The translations under genes were made by a program, and so were the position numbers. Shown here piece after piece: positions 1 through 7,473 of a DNA stretch of 38,013 nucleotides (within the stretch, counting starts at the first letter, position 1; each line of letters opens with the position of its first letter). The notes below the pieces were generated by a model. The model saw only the letters and a program-made list of their open reading frames with translations, did no database searches and was not told where the DNA came from. The DNA comes from a virus, in IMG/VR virus record IMGVR_UViG_3300015202_000002, positions 1-38,013 of that record. One strand, written 5' to 3'.

Positions 1-127
1 ACAACCTGTTGGCCGTGAATCGCATCATATTACGATTTGTCGCGCATTAAGTGAAGCATCTCGTCTTGAGATTCCAGACCATCGATTGCTTGTTAATATT
101 AGCCCAGGCTCAGGCAAGTCAACATTG
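1..127. repeat. Terminal direct repeat, copy 1 (identical to 37887-38013)
   Basis: Base-by-base comparison of the first and last 127 nt shows identity. The repeat lies inside one continuous ORF (TerL). Confidence 0.97.
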
Positions 128-1435
128 CTGGCCATGTGGGTTGCTTGGACGCTGGCAAAGTGGCCTGATTCACGATTTCTGTATATTTCATATTCCAAAG
201 TATTGGCCGCAAAACACACTGAAACCATCAAACGTATTATGCAATTAGCACATTACGTTTATCTATTTGACGTAAGGATTAGACATGATTCTAAAGCAAG
301 AGAATATTTTCAAACCACTGCTGGTGGAGCTGTCGCGGCTTTCGGAAGCGGTGGCGCGATTACTGGGCAAGATGCCGGGTTACCAGGTCTCGGACGATTC
401 AGCGGAGCTGTCATTATTGATGACGCTCATAAGCCTGATGAAGTCCACTCAGATACAATTAGAATGTCTGTCATCGATAATTACAGAGAGACAATCCAGC
501 AACGTGCTCGCGGAATCAATGTCCCCTATATCTTCATTGGGCAACGACTCCACGAAGACGACCTCGCGGCCTATTTGTTAGCTGGCAAGGATGGCTATAC
601 CTGGACAACGGTTATTCTCAAAAGTATCGATGAAGCAGGAAACGCACTTTACCCCGAAGTAAATACAAAAGAATCGCTGTTAATCAAGCAAGAACGTGAC
701 CCTTATGTGTTCTCATCCCAGTATCAGCAAGACCCAATCCCAGCGGGCGGCGCATTATTTAAGCCTGAATGGTTTGTCATGATGGAAGATGAACCCACAG
801 TATTATACAGCTTCATTACAGCCGACACCGCAGAAACATCAAAAAGTTACAATGATGCTACTGTATTTTCATTCTGGGGAATCTATGAGATTGAGTCTTA
901 CGGTGTAAAAACTGGACAATATGGGCTACACTGGATAGATACATTAGAGTGTCGAATTGAACCGAAAGATTTGAAGCCCGTATTTCTGGATTTTTGGCAA
1001 CAATGTATGAGGTATGCTAAACCTCCACAAATGGTAGCCATTGAGAAGAAGTCAACTGGTGGAACATTACTAAGCTTATTGGATGAGATAAGAACTATAA
1101 AGATGATGGATATTCCAAGAACAAGAGAACAGGGTAATAAAACCAAACGATTCTTAGAGGCACAACCGTATCTGGCTGAACGGCGTGTATCATTCCCGCT
1201 TTTTGGAAAACATGTAAAGCTATGTATAGACCACATGAGTAAGATTACAGCAAATGAAACACACCGATGGGATGATATAGCAGACACAGCAGCAGACGCA
1301 ATAAAAATAGCTTTGATAGATAAAACAATTATATCATCCCAAGTAAATGCGGTAGATTATACCCAAATGGCAAAATCAATGACTGGACAACAGAATAAGG
1401 TGAACCGATTAAGGCAAAGTGCTTATACACGATAA
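2..1435 (+). CDS. terL: Terminase large subunit, continuation of 37777-38013 across the circular junction
   Basis: Same frame as 37777-38013 through the 127-nt overlap, giving about 514 aa joined. Walker A SPGSGKST, Walker B-like VIIDDAHK, C-terminal acidic nuclease-type motifs (ITADTAET, DDIADTAADA). The portal gene follows directly. Confidence 0.93.
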   Translation, partial: QPVGRESHHITICRALSEASRLEIPDHRLLVNISPGSGKSTLLAMWVAWTLAKWPDSRFLYISYSKVLAAKHTETIKRIMQLAHYVYLFDVRIRHDSKAREYFQTTAGGAVAAFGSGGAITGQDAGLPGLGRFSGAVIIDDAHKPDEVHSDTIRMSVIDNYRETIQQRARGINVPYIFIGQRLHEDDLAAYLLAGKDGYTWTTVILKSIDEAGNALYPEVNTKESLLIKQERDPYVFSSQYQQDPIPAGGALFKPEWFVMMEDEPTVLYSFITADTAETSKSYNDATVFSFWGIYEIESYGVKTGQYGLHWIDTLECRIEPKDLKPVFLDFWQQCMRYAKPPQMVAIEKKSTGGTLLSLLDEIRTIKMMDIPRTREQGNKTKRFLEAQPYLAERRVSFPLFGKHVKLCIDHMSKITANETHRWDDIADTAADAIKIALIDKTIISSQVNAVDYTQMAKSMTGQQNKVNRLRQSAYTR

Positions 1436-1495
1436 TTAAATTAGATACAATTAAAAATAAGCAGGGAAAGGATTTCTCTACAAGGAGCTACAACA

Positions 1496-3595
1496 ATGAA
1501 GGACGTAGCAAAACGCTATCAAGATAATCTTGCGCGTATTAAGAAAAAAGTTCGTAATGCGCATGACTATTTTAAAGATAATTACGACCGCTACAATGAG
1601 TTCAGACGCTTTGTTTTCGATTCTTCACTGAAAGAAGATGAAATCACTTTACTTCAAACCATTGGACGACCGCAACTAGAATTCAACGTACTCGAAGCAT
1701 ATATTAGCAGACTTCTTGGTGAGTTTTCAAAGCAAGAGCCTGACATTGAGGTTAATGCGTATGACCAAGATAAAGCTGACCCTATCACCATTAAGATTGT
1801 TGAGCAACATCTAAAGCATATGTTCATGGATGATAATAACGAACATACTCGTTATGAAGTCTACAAAGATTTGCTATCAGGTGGTTTCAGTACAATCAAA
1901 GTGTTCACTGATTATGAACACCCAATGTCTATGAATCAGGTAATCCGAATTGAACGCCAAGAACCTACACTTACAGGATTTGACAAACTCGCACGATTCT
2001 CACATAAGGGTGATGGTCAATTCTGTTTCCAATTATTCCCCAAAGATAAAGAAGAATTCTTAGAAGAAAATCCCGATATTAAACTTGAGAATTTAAGTTT
2101 CAGACGTGACTTTGCAGGATTCAATTGGTCATATCTTAACGATAACTCACAAATAATCGTGGTCGCTGATTACTATGAGAAGAAACGCAAAGAGGAAACA
2201 ATAGTTCAAGTGCGTGATGGACGTGTGATGACCTCAAGTCAATATCGAAAGATGGTTGATACGTGGAATGATATTACTATTCCCCCTTCAATCATTGGTA
2301 AACCAAGGAAAACCTTAATTGATACCATATGCCGTTATAGAGTAATCGAAAATCAGGTATTGGAGTACGAAGAAACAGACTTTTCACATTTGCCCTTAGT
2401 ATTTATTGACGGTCATTCGTTAATGATAAAGACACCGAAAAATGGCAACATACGACAGGTAACAAGACCCTATGTGTATCATGCGAAAGGTGCGCAACGC
2501 CTTAAAAACTATGCGGGGATTTCGCTTGCAAATGAGATTGAGAATACGGTACAGCATAAATTTATGGTGGCTAAAGAAGCCCTTCCAAAAGAGGAGGAAT
2601 TTCTACAAGCTTACAAGGACACTCAAAAAGAATCTGTGCTGGTTTATAATTCCGTTCATGAGTCCAACCCTGACATGCCAATTAGCAATCCAATCCGTGA
2701 AGTCAATAGGATTCCTTGTCCTCCTGAAATTGCACAGGCTTTCACTGGAGCTGACTCGCTTATTCAGAATGTACTGGGTTCCTATGATGCTAGTCTTGGT
2801 ATTAATAACAATCAGCTATCTGGTATTGCAATCGTGGAAGCTGCTAGCCAGTCAAATGCTACTGCTATGCCTTACATTGTGGGTTGTCTCCAAGGGTTCC
2901 AAAGGGTAGCTGAAATATATGTAAACTTAATGCCTAAATACTTTACTACACCACGAACACTTCCGATATTAGATGATGATGGTAAGCGACATTTTGTTAA
3001 AATCAATCAACCTAATGGACTTCCGATGGATTTTGATACTAACTCACTCAATGTGACATTGAAGGCTGGAGCAAGCTTCCAAGTTCAGAAATCAAGAACC
3101 ATTATGATGGTGAAGGAAATGATGGGCATGTCGCCATTGTTCGCTCAATTTATTGCTGAGAAAGGATTGAACTTTGTACTAGATAACATGGAAGGCAAAG
3201 GTGTTGAGCAACTTAAAGGATTAACTGATGAGTGGCTAAAAGAATATCAACAAGAAAAGCAAGCAGCACAACAAGCACAACAACAAAATCCTGCGATGAT
3301 GAAAGCACAAGTTGATATGGCTAAAGTTCAACAGAAAGGGCAGATTGACCAAGCTAAGTTACAAATCGATATGGCTAAATTGCAACAAGACCAGCAAAAA
3401 GTGATGGCTGATTTACATCTAGGCCAGCAAGCTGCTACTGTTCAATTAGTGAAAGCACAAACTGAAAAATACAAAATACATTCTGATTTGCAAATGCAAA
3501 GTCATGATATGCGACATCGGCATGTAAAGGAAGCTTTAGAGTTTCATCACAAGGCAAAACATGGCTCACAAGGAAGGAGAGCAAATGCAAACTAG
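1496..3595 (+). CDS. Portal protein
   Basis: 699 aa, immediately after TerL, AGGAG SD. Long Gln/Lys/Ala-rich helical C-terminal tail like P22-type portal barrels. Call is by size and synteny. Confidence 0.8.
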   Translation: MKDVAKRYQDNLARIKKKVRNAHDYFKDNYDRYNEFRRFVFDSSLKEDEITLLQTIGRPQLEFNVLEAYISRLLGEFSKQEPDIEVNAYDQDKADPITIKIVEQHLKHMFMDDNNEHTRYEVYKDLLSGGFSTIKVFTDYEHPMSMNQVIRIERQEPTLTGFDKLARFSHKGDGQFCFQLFPKDKEEFLEENPDIKLENLSFRRDFAGFNWSYLNDNSQIIVVADYYEKKRKEETIVQVRDGRVMTSSQYRKMVDTWNDITIPPSIIGKPRKTLIDTICRYRVIENQVLEYEETDFSHLPLVFIDGHSLMIKTPKNGNIRQVTRPYVYHAKGAQRLKNYAGISLANEIENTVQHKFMVAKEALPKEEEFLQAYKDTQKESVLVYNSVHESNPDMPISNPIREVNRIPCPPEIAQAFTGADSLIQNVLGSYDASLGINNNQLSGIAIVEAASQSNATAMPYIVGCLQGFQRVAEIYVNLMPKYFTTPRTLPILDDDGKRHFVKINQPNGLPMDFDTNSLNVTLKAGASFQVQKSRTIMMVKEMMGMSPLFAQFIAEKGLNFVLDNMEGKGVEQLKGLTDEWLKEYQQEKQAAQQAQQQNPAMMKAQVDMAKVQQKGQIDQAKLQIDMAKLQQDQQKVMADLHLGQQAATVQLVKAQTEKYKIHSDLQMQSHDMRHRHVKEALEFHHKAKHGSQGRRANAN

Positions 3596-3809
3596 GACGT
3601 TAGTTACAATAGGTAAGCCTATTGAGAAAGATGAATGGGTTATATGTGTTAGCAATGATTCAAGTCGATTCGTCATCCCATGCGCTCGCGTAGAATGGTC
3701 TGTTCCATGCTACGGTAAAGAATTACATGATGAAGAAATCAAAGAATTGATAGGATTTTTAAAACAAACATTAGAAGGAGGCAATAATGAGCAAAGTAAC
3801 TTGGAATGA
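3585..3809 (+). CDS. Hypothetical small protein (74 aa)
   Basis: ATG at 3585 preceded by GGAAGGAGA. Overlaps the portal stop by 11 nt. Confidence 0.6.
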   Translation: MQTRTLVTIGKPIEKDEWVICVSNDSSRFVIPCARVEWSVPCYGKELHDEEIKELIGFLKQTLEGGNNEQSNLE

Positions 3810-3957
3810 TTTGAAGAACGCAACACCTACTGAGCTTAAGAAAACCTATAAACTTAATGATCGTCAACTTGAGAATCAAGTACGCAAACATATGGATGGT
3901 GCGAATCCTTCTGAGCGTAGAGGATTATATGAATCTGTTTGGGCTAACAAGAAATAG
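3787..3957 (+). CDS. Hypothetical small protein (56 aa, below ORF-track cutoff)
   Basis: ATG 3787 after GGAGG. Translation MSKVTWNDLKNATPTELKK...VWANKK. Fills an otherwise empty gap. Confidence 0.55.
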   Translation: MSKVTWNDLKNATPTELKKTYKLNDRQLENQVRKHMDGANPSERRGLYESVWANKK

Positions 3958-3965
3958 GAACTGCT

Positions 3966-4112
3966 ATGCCATTAAATAAAGGTGCTAAACCAGGCACTAA
4001 AAAGTTTGGTGCTAATATTGCCACTGAGATTAAAGCTGACAAACCAAAAAATCAGGCGATTGCAATTGCCTGCAGTGAAGCTAAATCAAAAAAGAAGGGG
4101 AAGAAGAAATGA
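3966..4112 (+). CDS. Lys-rich small protein (48 aa, below cutoff)
   Basis: MPLNKGAKPGTKKFGANIATEIKADKPKNQAIAIACSEAKSKKKGKKK. Stop overlaps the next start (ATGA). Confidence 0.55.
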   Translation: MPLNKGAKPGTKKFGANIATEIKADKPKNQAIAIACSEAKSKKKGKKK

Positions 4113-4225
4113 AAATGAAAGCCAAGGACATTAAGCAACGTGCCAAGAAAATGGACAAACACATGGATGCTAAAGAAGATAAAAAACTTGTCAAGAAAAT
4201 GGTCAAGAAGGATTGCATGAAATGA
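4109..4225 (+). CDS. Lys-rich small protein (38 aa, below cutoff)
   Basis: MKMKAKDIKQRAKKMDKHMDAKEDKKLVKKMVKKDCMK. ATGA coupling at both ends. Confidence 0.45.
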   Translation: MKMKAKDIKQRAKKMDKHMDAKEDKKLVKKMVKKDCMK

Positions 4226-4398
4226 TTGAAGATTTAGAGAAACGATTAGACGCAGTATGTGAGTCAATGGAATCTGCTGCCGCTGAATACAATCAGTCAA
4301 CGCAGTGTTTGGTAGAAGCCCTTACGGGGATTCATGAACGATTGGAGCGTATAGAAAAATGGATAGAGAGCCAAGAAAAGGTGCTGGCAAAGGACTAG
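4222..4398 (+). CDS. Hypothetical acidic helical protein (58 aa)
   Basis: ATG 4222 lies within track ORF 4213-4398. Start overlaps the previous stop. Confidence 0.55.
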   Translation: MIEDLEKRLDAVCESMESAAAEYNQSTQCLVEALTGIHERLERIEKWIESQEKVLAKD

Positions 4399-4607
4399 AT
4401 AAGAGTCCTTATAAGCGCGAAGAAGAGAAGGTCACTAAAAAGGCTTTCAAGTCAGTAGAGAAATCCGTTAAGCCTGTTGCCAAGGACACCAATAAAACAC
4501 GCAGAAAGGAAACTAAAGCGCGGATTGTAGGTGATACGGTACCAGCGGTAAAACCTAAATCGAACCTTAAAAAGGACATGAAAAAGTCCATGAAAGGTAA
4601 GTGTTAA
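4359..4607 (+). CDS. Highly basic Lys-rich protein (82 aa), histone-H1-like composition
   Basis: Track ORF. KK/KxK-rich throughout. No clear SD, and it overlaps the previous ORF by 40 nt. Confidence 0.45.
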   Translation: MDREPRKGAGKGLDKSPYKREEEKVTKKAFKSVEKSVKPVAKDTNKTRRKETKARIVGDTVPAVKPKSNLKKDMKKSMKGKC

Positions 4608-4627
4608 CTCATCACAAGGAGCGTGTT

Positions 4628-4891
4628 ATGCAAATGCTTTTGACATTTATTGCTAGTCATTTATTAACTATTCTTGAAAATTTATTGGTTCAAGAAGAGC
4701 CCGCTATTGTAGCTCAGGTTGAAAAAGAAGCTCAATTATTAATTTTAAAAATTGAATCTCTTTTAAAATCCAAATCACCTGCTGCGGCTGCGGCTTTAAA
4801 TCCCGCAATTAACCTGGTTGGTACTTTGGCAAACGATGCGGTAGAGGCAGCGGGAAACGCGGTTGTTCAAGATGTTGCCAAGGCATCATAA
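4628..4891 (+). CDS. Hypothetical protein (87 aa), hydrophobic N-terminus, Ala-rich C-terminus
   Basis: ATG 4628 after AAGGAG, inside track ORF 4601-4891. Confidence 0.6.
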   Translation: MQMLLTFIASHLLTILENLLVQEEPAIVAQVEKEAQLLILKIESLLKSKSPAAAAALNPAINLVGTLANDAVEAAGNAVVQDVAKAS

Positions 4892-4901
4892 GGGGACTAA
4901 A

Positions 4902-5081
4902 ATGGCTGAGAAATGGATTAAAGGCGCTATCAAGCACCCTGGAAAACTTCACAGAGAGCTTGGGGTTCCCGAAGGCAAAAAGATTCCTGCGAAGAAAATG
5001 GCTAAAGCGGCTAAAAGCAAAAATCCAACTATTCGCAAGGAAGTGGCTCTTGCAAAGACCTTGAAGAAAATGAAGAAATAA
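4902..5081 (+). CDS. Lys-rich small protein (59 aa)
   Basis: ATG 4902 after TAAGGGGA. MAEKWIKGAIKHPGKLHRELGVPEGKKIPAKKMAKAAKSKNP... Confidence 0.6.
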   Translation: MAEKWIKGAIKHPGKLHRELGVPEGKKIPAKKMAKAAKSKNPTIRKEVALAKTLKKMKK

Positions 5082-5117
5082 ACATACAATAATTGACTCT
5101 TTAATAAGGACATTAAA

Positions 5118-5312
5118 ATGAGCGAATATAAGTGCAAAGAGGGGATGATTGATAACCGTATGGTTAAAGACGATCATCAGCAAGGTATCAAACGTGTTCT
5201 TCAACGAAAAGAAGACCGCAATGATGTTGAAGGTCATCACGGCAAAATGGGTATGGGCGACAAAGCTCATTGGAGCCGTAAAGGTGATTCACTAACCCCA
5301 AGAAAAGCATAA
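5118..5312 (+). CDS. Hypothetical charged protein (64 aa)
   Basis: Track ORF. TAAGGA SD 7 nt upstream. Confidence 0.6.
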   Translation: MSEYKCKEGMIDNRMVKDDHQQGIKRVLQRKEDRNDVEGHHGKMGMGDKAHWSRKGDSLTPRKA

Positions 5313-5327
5313 TTATAAGGATATAAC

Positions 5328-6158
5328 ATGCCTACTATTTATCAATTGCCCACTCAGCAACCAGCAATGGTGGGTGTGTTCCCTAATCAGAAATTTGCCT
5401 TATTTGGTGATAATCTGGCCACAATTACCGCTGCTGGTTATCTTAATTCGGTTAATCTTGAAAGCAACCCGATTTCTAAGACTGACATACTCCAAGTCTT
5501 ATATTCGTTTAATCCCGTAACTCAATCAGGAACTTATGGTGTTTTTACGGTCACTATTAGCAATAGGGGAGTAATCACTCTAGTGGCGGCTGTGAGTCCA
5601 GGTGATGTATTATTGCCCGTGGTTTCAGGTGATTTTGCTGTATTTAATGGCACCACAGGTCAGATTAAAGACGCAGGATATTTGCCATCCAATGCCGCAA
5701 AAACAAATGTGGTCATGCTCTCTGCGGCTCCTACTATTGGGCATTTAGCAAGCTTTTCTGATGTCGCAGGAACCGTTCAAGATGCTGGAATTGCTTCAAC
5801 TGCTGTAATGCTTAATAACGCTGCAAACGTGATGACTGGAGCGGGTCAAATTACCTTAGCAAAAGCTAATGGTACAGAAGCCGCAAACGCAGTTACGGCA
5901 AGTGGTAATGCTGGGGTAATTACAACTTCTGCGTTAACTACTGCTGGCGGTGCTACCTATGTTATTACTTGGACTAATACTTTAATCACGGCAACATCCG
6001 TTGTAGGCTTAACAATCCAAGGCGGAACTAACAGTGCTACCAATAACATCACTTTTAAATGCGTTGTCGGTGCTGGTTCCGCTACATTAACAATTTATAA
6101 TAATACTGCCGCTACTGCTTTAAACGGTACACTGCTTATTGGTTATTCTGTGTTGTAA
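5328..6158 (+). CDS. Fibre-like / Ig-like virion protein (276 aa) inside the head module
   Basis: TAAGGATATA SD. Thr/Ala/Gly/Asn-rich beta-type sequence with repeats ending in DAG (GQIKDAGY, GTVQDAGI), as in fibre shafts. Followed by a strong hairpin. Confidence 0.6.
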   Translation: MPTIYQLPTQQPAMVGVFPNQKFALFGDNLATITAAGYLNSVNLESNPISKTDILQVLYSFNPVTQSGTYGVFTVTISNRGVITLVAAVSPGDVLLPVVSGDFAVFNGTTGQIKDAGYLPSNAAKTNVVMLSAAPTIGHLASFSDVAGTVQDAGIASTAVMLNNAANVMTGAGQITLAKANGTEAANAVTASGNAGVITTSALTTAGGATYVITWTNTLITATSVVGLTIQGGTNSATNNITFKCVVGAGSATLTIYNNTAATALNGTLLIGYSVL

Positions 6159-6169
6159 CACCCCTGTTT

Positions 6170-6209
6170 GGGCTTAATTTTTCTTCCTTTTAGTTAAGCC
6201 CAACTTTTT
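6170..6209 (+). terminator. Rho-independent terminator after the fibre-like gene
   Basis: GGGCTTAA (6170-6177) pairs with TTAAGCCC (6194-6201): 8-bp stem, 16-nt loop, then AACTTTTT. Confidence 0.65.
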
Positions 6210-6402
6210 AATGAACTGCCTTCAAATTATCTTTAAACCACTTATCGACATTTTCAGCCGTATAGTAGACCTTGCCATTGAGTTTGTAATATTGAGGGCT
6301 ATTCCCTTCGTATCGAGCTTTTCTAAACCAATGAATGGATAAACCATATCGTGCCGATACTTCTTTTTCTACTAAATATTGAACACCATCCAACAATAAC
6401 AT
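6208..6402 (-). CDS. AlpA/Xis-type (MerR-like HTH_17) DNA-binding protein, antisense to the structural genes
   Basis: 64 aa. VSARYGLSIHWFRKARYEGNSPQYYKLNGKVYYTAENVDKWF fits the excisionase/AlpA winged-HTH pattern. TAAGGATA SD on the minus strand. Confidence 0.7.
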   Translation of the reverse strand: MLLLDGVQYLVEKEVSARYGLSIHWFRKARYEGNSPQYYKLNGKVYYTAENVDKWFKDNLKAVH

Positions 6403-6438
6403 AATTATCCTTAATTAAGTTCAAAAGTTTATATAATC

Positions 6439-6467
6439 ATCATATTTCATTCTATTTCATTAGTTAA
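6439..6467 (-). promoter_or_regulatory. Candidate sigma70-type promoter for the AlpA-like gene
   Basis: Minus strand reads TTAACT (6467-6462), 17-nt spacer, TATGAT (6444-6439). Confidence 0.4.
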
Positions 6468-6605
6468 CCTTGTTTACGTCATATTCATTCAGCAAACCTA
6501 ATATTAAGTCATACCACTGTATATAGCTCATTGTTGGCAATCCCTTACTTGAATACCCTTAGAGTGTGAATTTCGCAAATGGTGCAATGGACTGCAACTT
6601 TCTCA

Positions 6606-6709
6606 CGAGACCCGTGCGTAATGCGGGGATGATTTTTATTCAGCGTGGCGGCGTAATAGCTCGAGACCTGTTCGATAGGCAGAGGAATTACCGTGGCGGG
6701 GAAATAGCT
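6606..6709 (+). repeat. Imperfect tandem duplication (56-nt and 48-nt units) in a G+C-rich leader upstream of the scaffold gene
   Basis: Both units start CGAGACC (6606, 6662) and end CGTGGCGG-NNN-AATAGCT (6644-6661, 6692-6709). Confidence 0.8.
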
Positions 6710-6722
6710 AGAAGGGAATGTT

Positions 6723-7430
6723 ATGGATAATAGTGTTATGGATAACGTGTCTGATACAACTCAGGCTCAGGGGCAAGAGACTGCTCAGCAAGCACAAGAG
6801 CGTCTTTTTAAGCAATCCGAGTTAAATGAGATTGTAGGGCGAGCCAAGCATGATGCGGTTGAAAGCTTTAAACGGCAACAACAAACGCAATCTGCGCAAC
6901 AAGCACCGCAGTCTAGTCAAGCTCAAAGCTCTAAATCATTATCGGAAGATGATGTTAAGCGGTTAACAGGCGAAGAGTTAGCACGCCAACGCGATCAATG
7001 GACTCGTGAAGCCCAAGAGAAAGCGGACGCAGAAATAGCTCAACGTATTGTAAGCAGCTACAAAGAGAAAATTGCGCCTGGGAAAGAGAAGTACGAGGAT
7101 TTCGAGGCCGTCACTAATAATGTCGATATGAGATATTATCCAAATGTCGTTCAGCTTTTAGCCGAGTACGTGGATAATTCCCATGATGTTATTTATGAAC
7201 TAGCAAAGAACAGAACAAAACTGTATCAGCTAGAATCAACGTGCGGTCACAACCCTCAAGATGCCATCTACGAGATTAAGCGTTTGTCAGATTCCATCAA
7301 AGCAAACGAATCAACATCTCAGATGAAACATGCCAATAGCCCTTTATCACAACAACGACCTTCTAACACCGGAACGGATTCGGGTAATTCTCTGTCGATG
7401 CGTGATTTAAAAGCCAAGTATCGAGGATAA
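6723..7430 (+). CDS. Scaffolding protein
   Basis: 235 aa, Gln/Glu/Lys-rich helical low-complexity sequence, immediately upstream of the coat gene. Confidence 0.7.
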   Translation: MDNSVMDNVSDTTQAQGQETAQQAQERLFKQSELNEIVGRAKHDAVESFKRQQQTQSAQQAPQSSQAQSSKSLSEDDVKRLTGEELARQRDQWTREAQEKADAEIAQRIVSSYKEKIAPGKEKYEDFEAVTNNVDMRYYPNVVQLLAEYVDNSHDVIYELAKNRTKLYQLESTCGHNPQDAIYEIKRLSDSIKANESTSQMKHANSPLSQQRPSNTGTDSGNSLSMRDLKAKYRG

Positions 7431-7473
7431 GCTCTGAATTCTAACTTAAGGATTAAAGTTAGGAGTAACTAAC

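Noticed and set aside
898-2909. Embedded ORFs 898-1287(-), 285-581(+) and 2472-2909(+) inside terL and the portal gene
   Set aside because: They are fully nested in long genes with strong motif or synteny support, have no start context, and have low-complexity or implausible composition.
4052-5270. Minus-strand ORFs 4052-4300, 4409-4591, 4809-5270 and 4949-5137
   Set aside because: They are mirror-image ORFs of Lys-rich (AAR-rich) plus-strand genes. Their translations are Phe/Leu-rich nonsense, they have no SD, and they lie entirely within coupled plus-strand ORFs.
6540-6722. tRNA or tmRNA-like gene in the G+C-rich leader (GTTCGAT resembles a T-loop)
   Set aside because: The flanking stem around GTTCGAT gives only 3 bp. 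No acceptor, D or anticodon arms can be drawn. The same negative result holds for 35180-35357 and 35595-35672.
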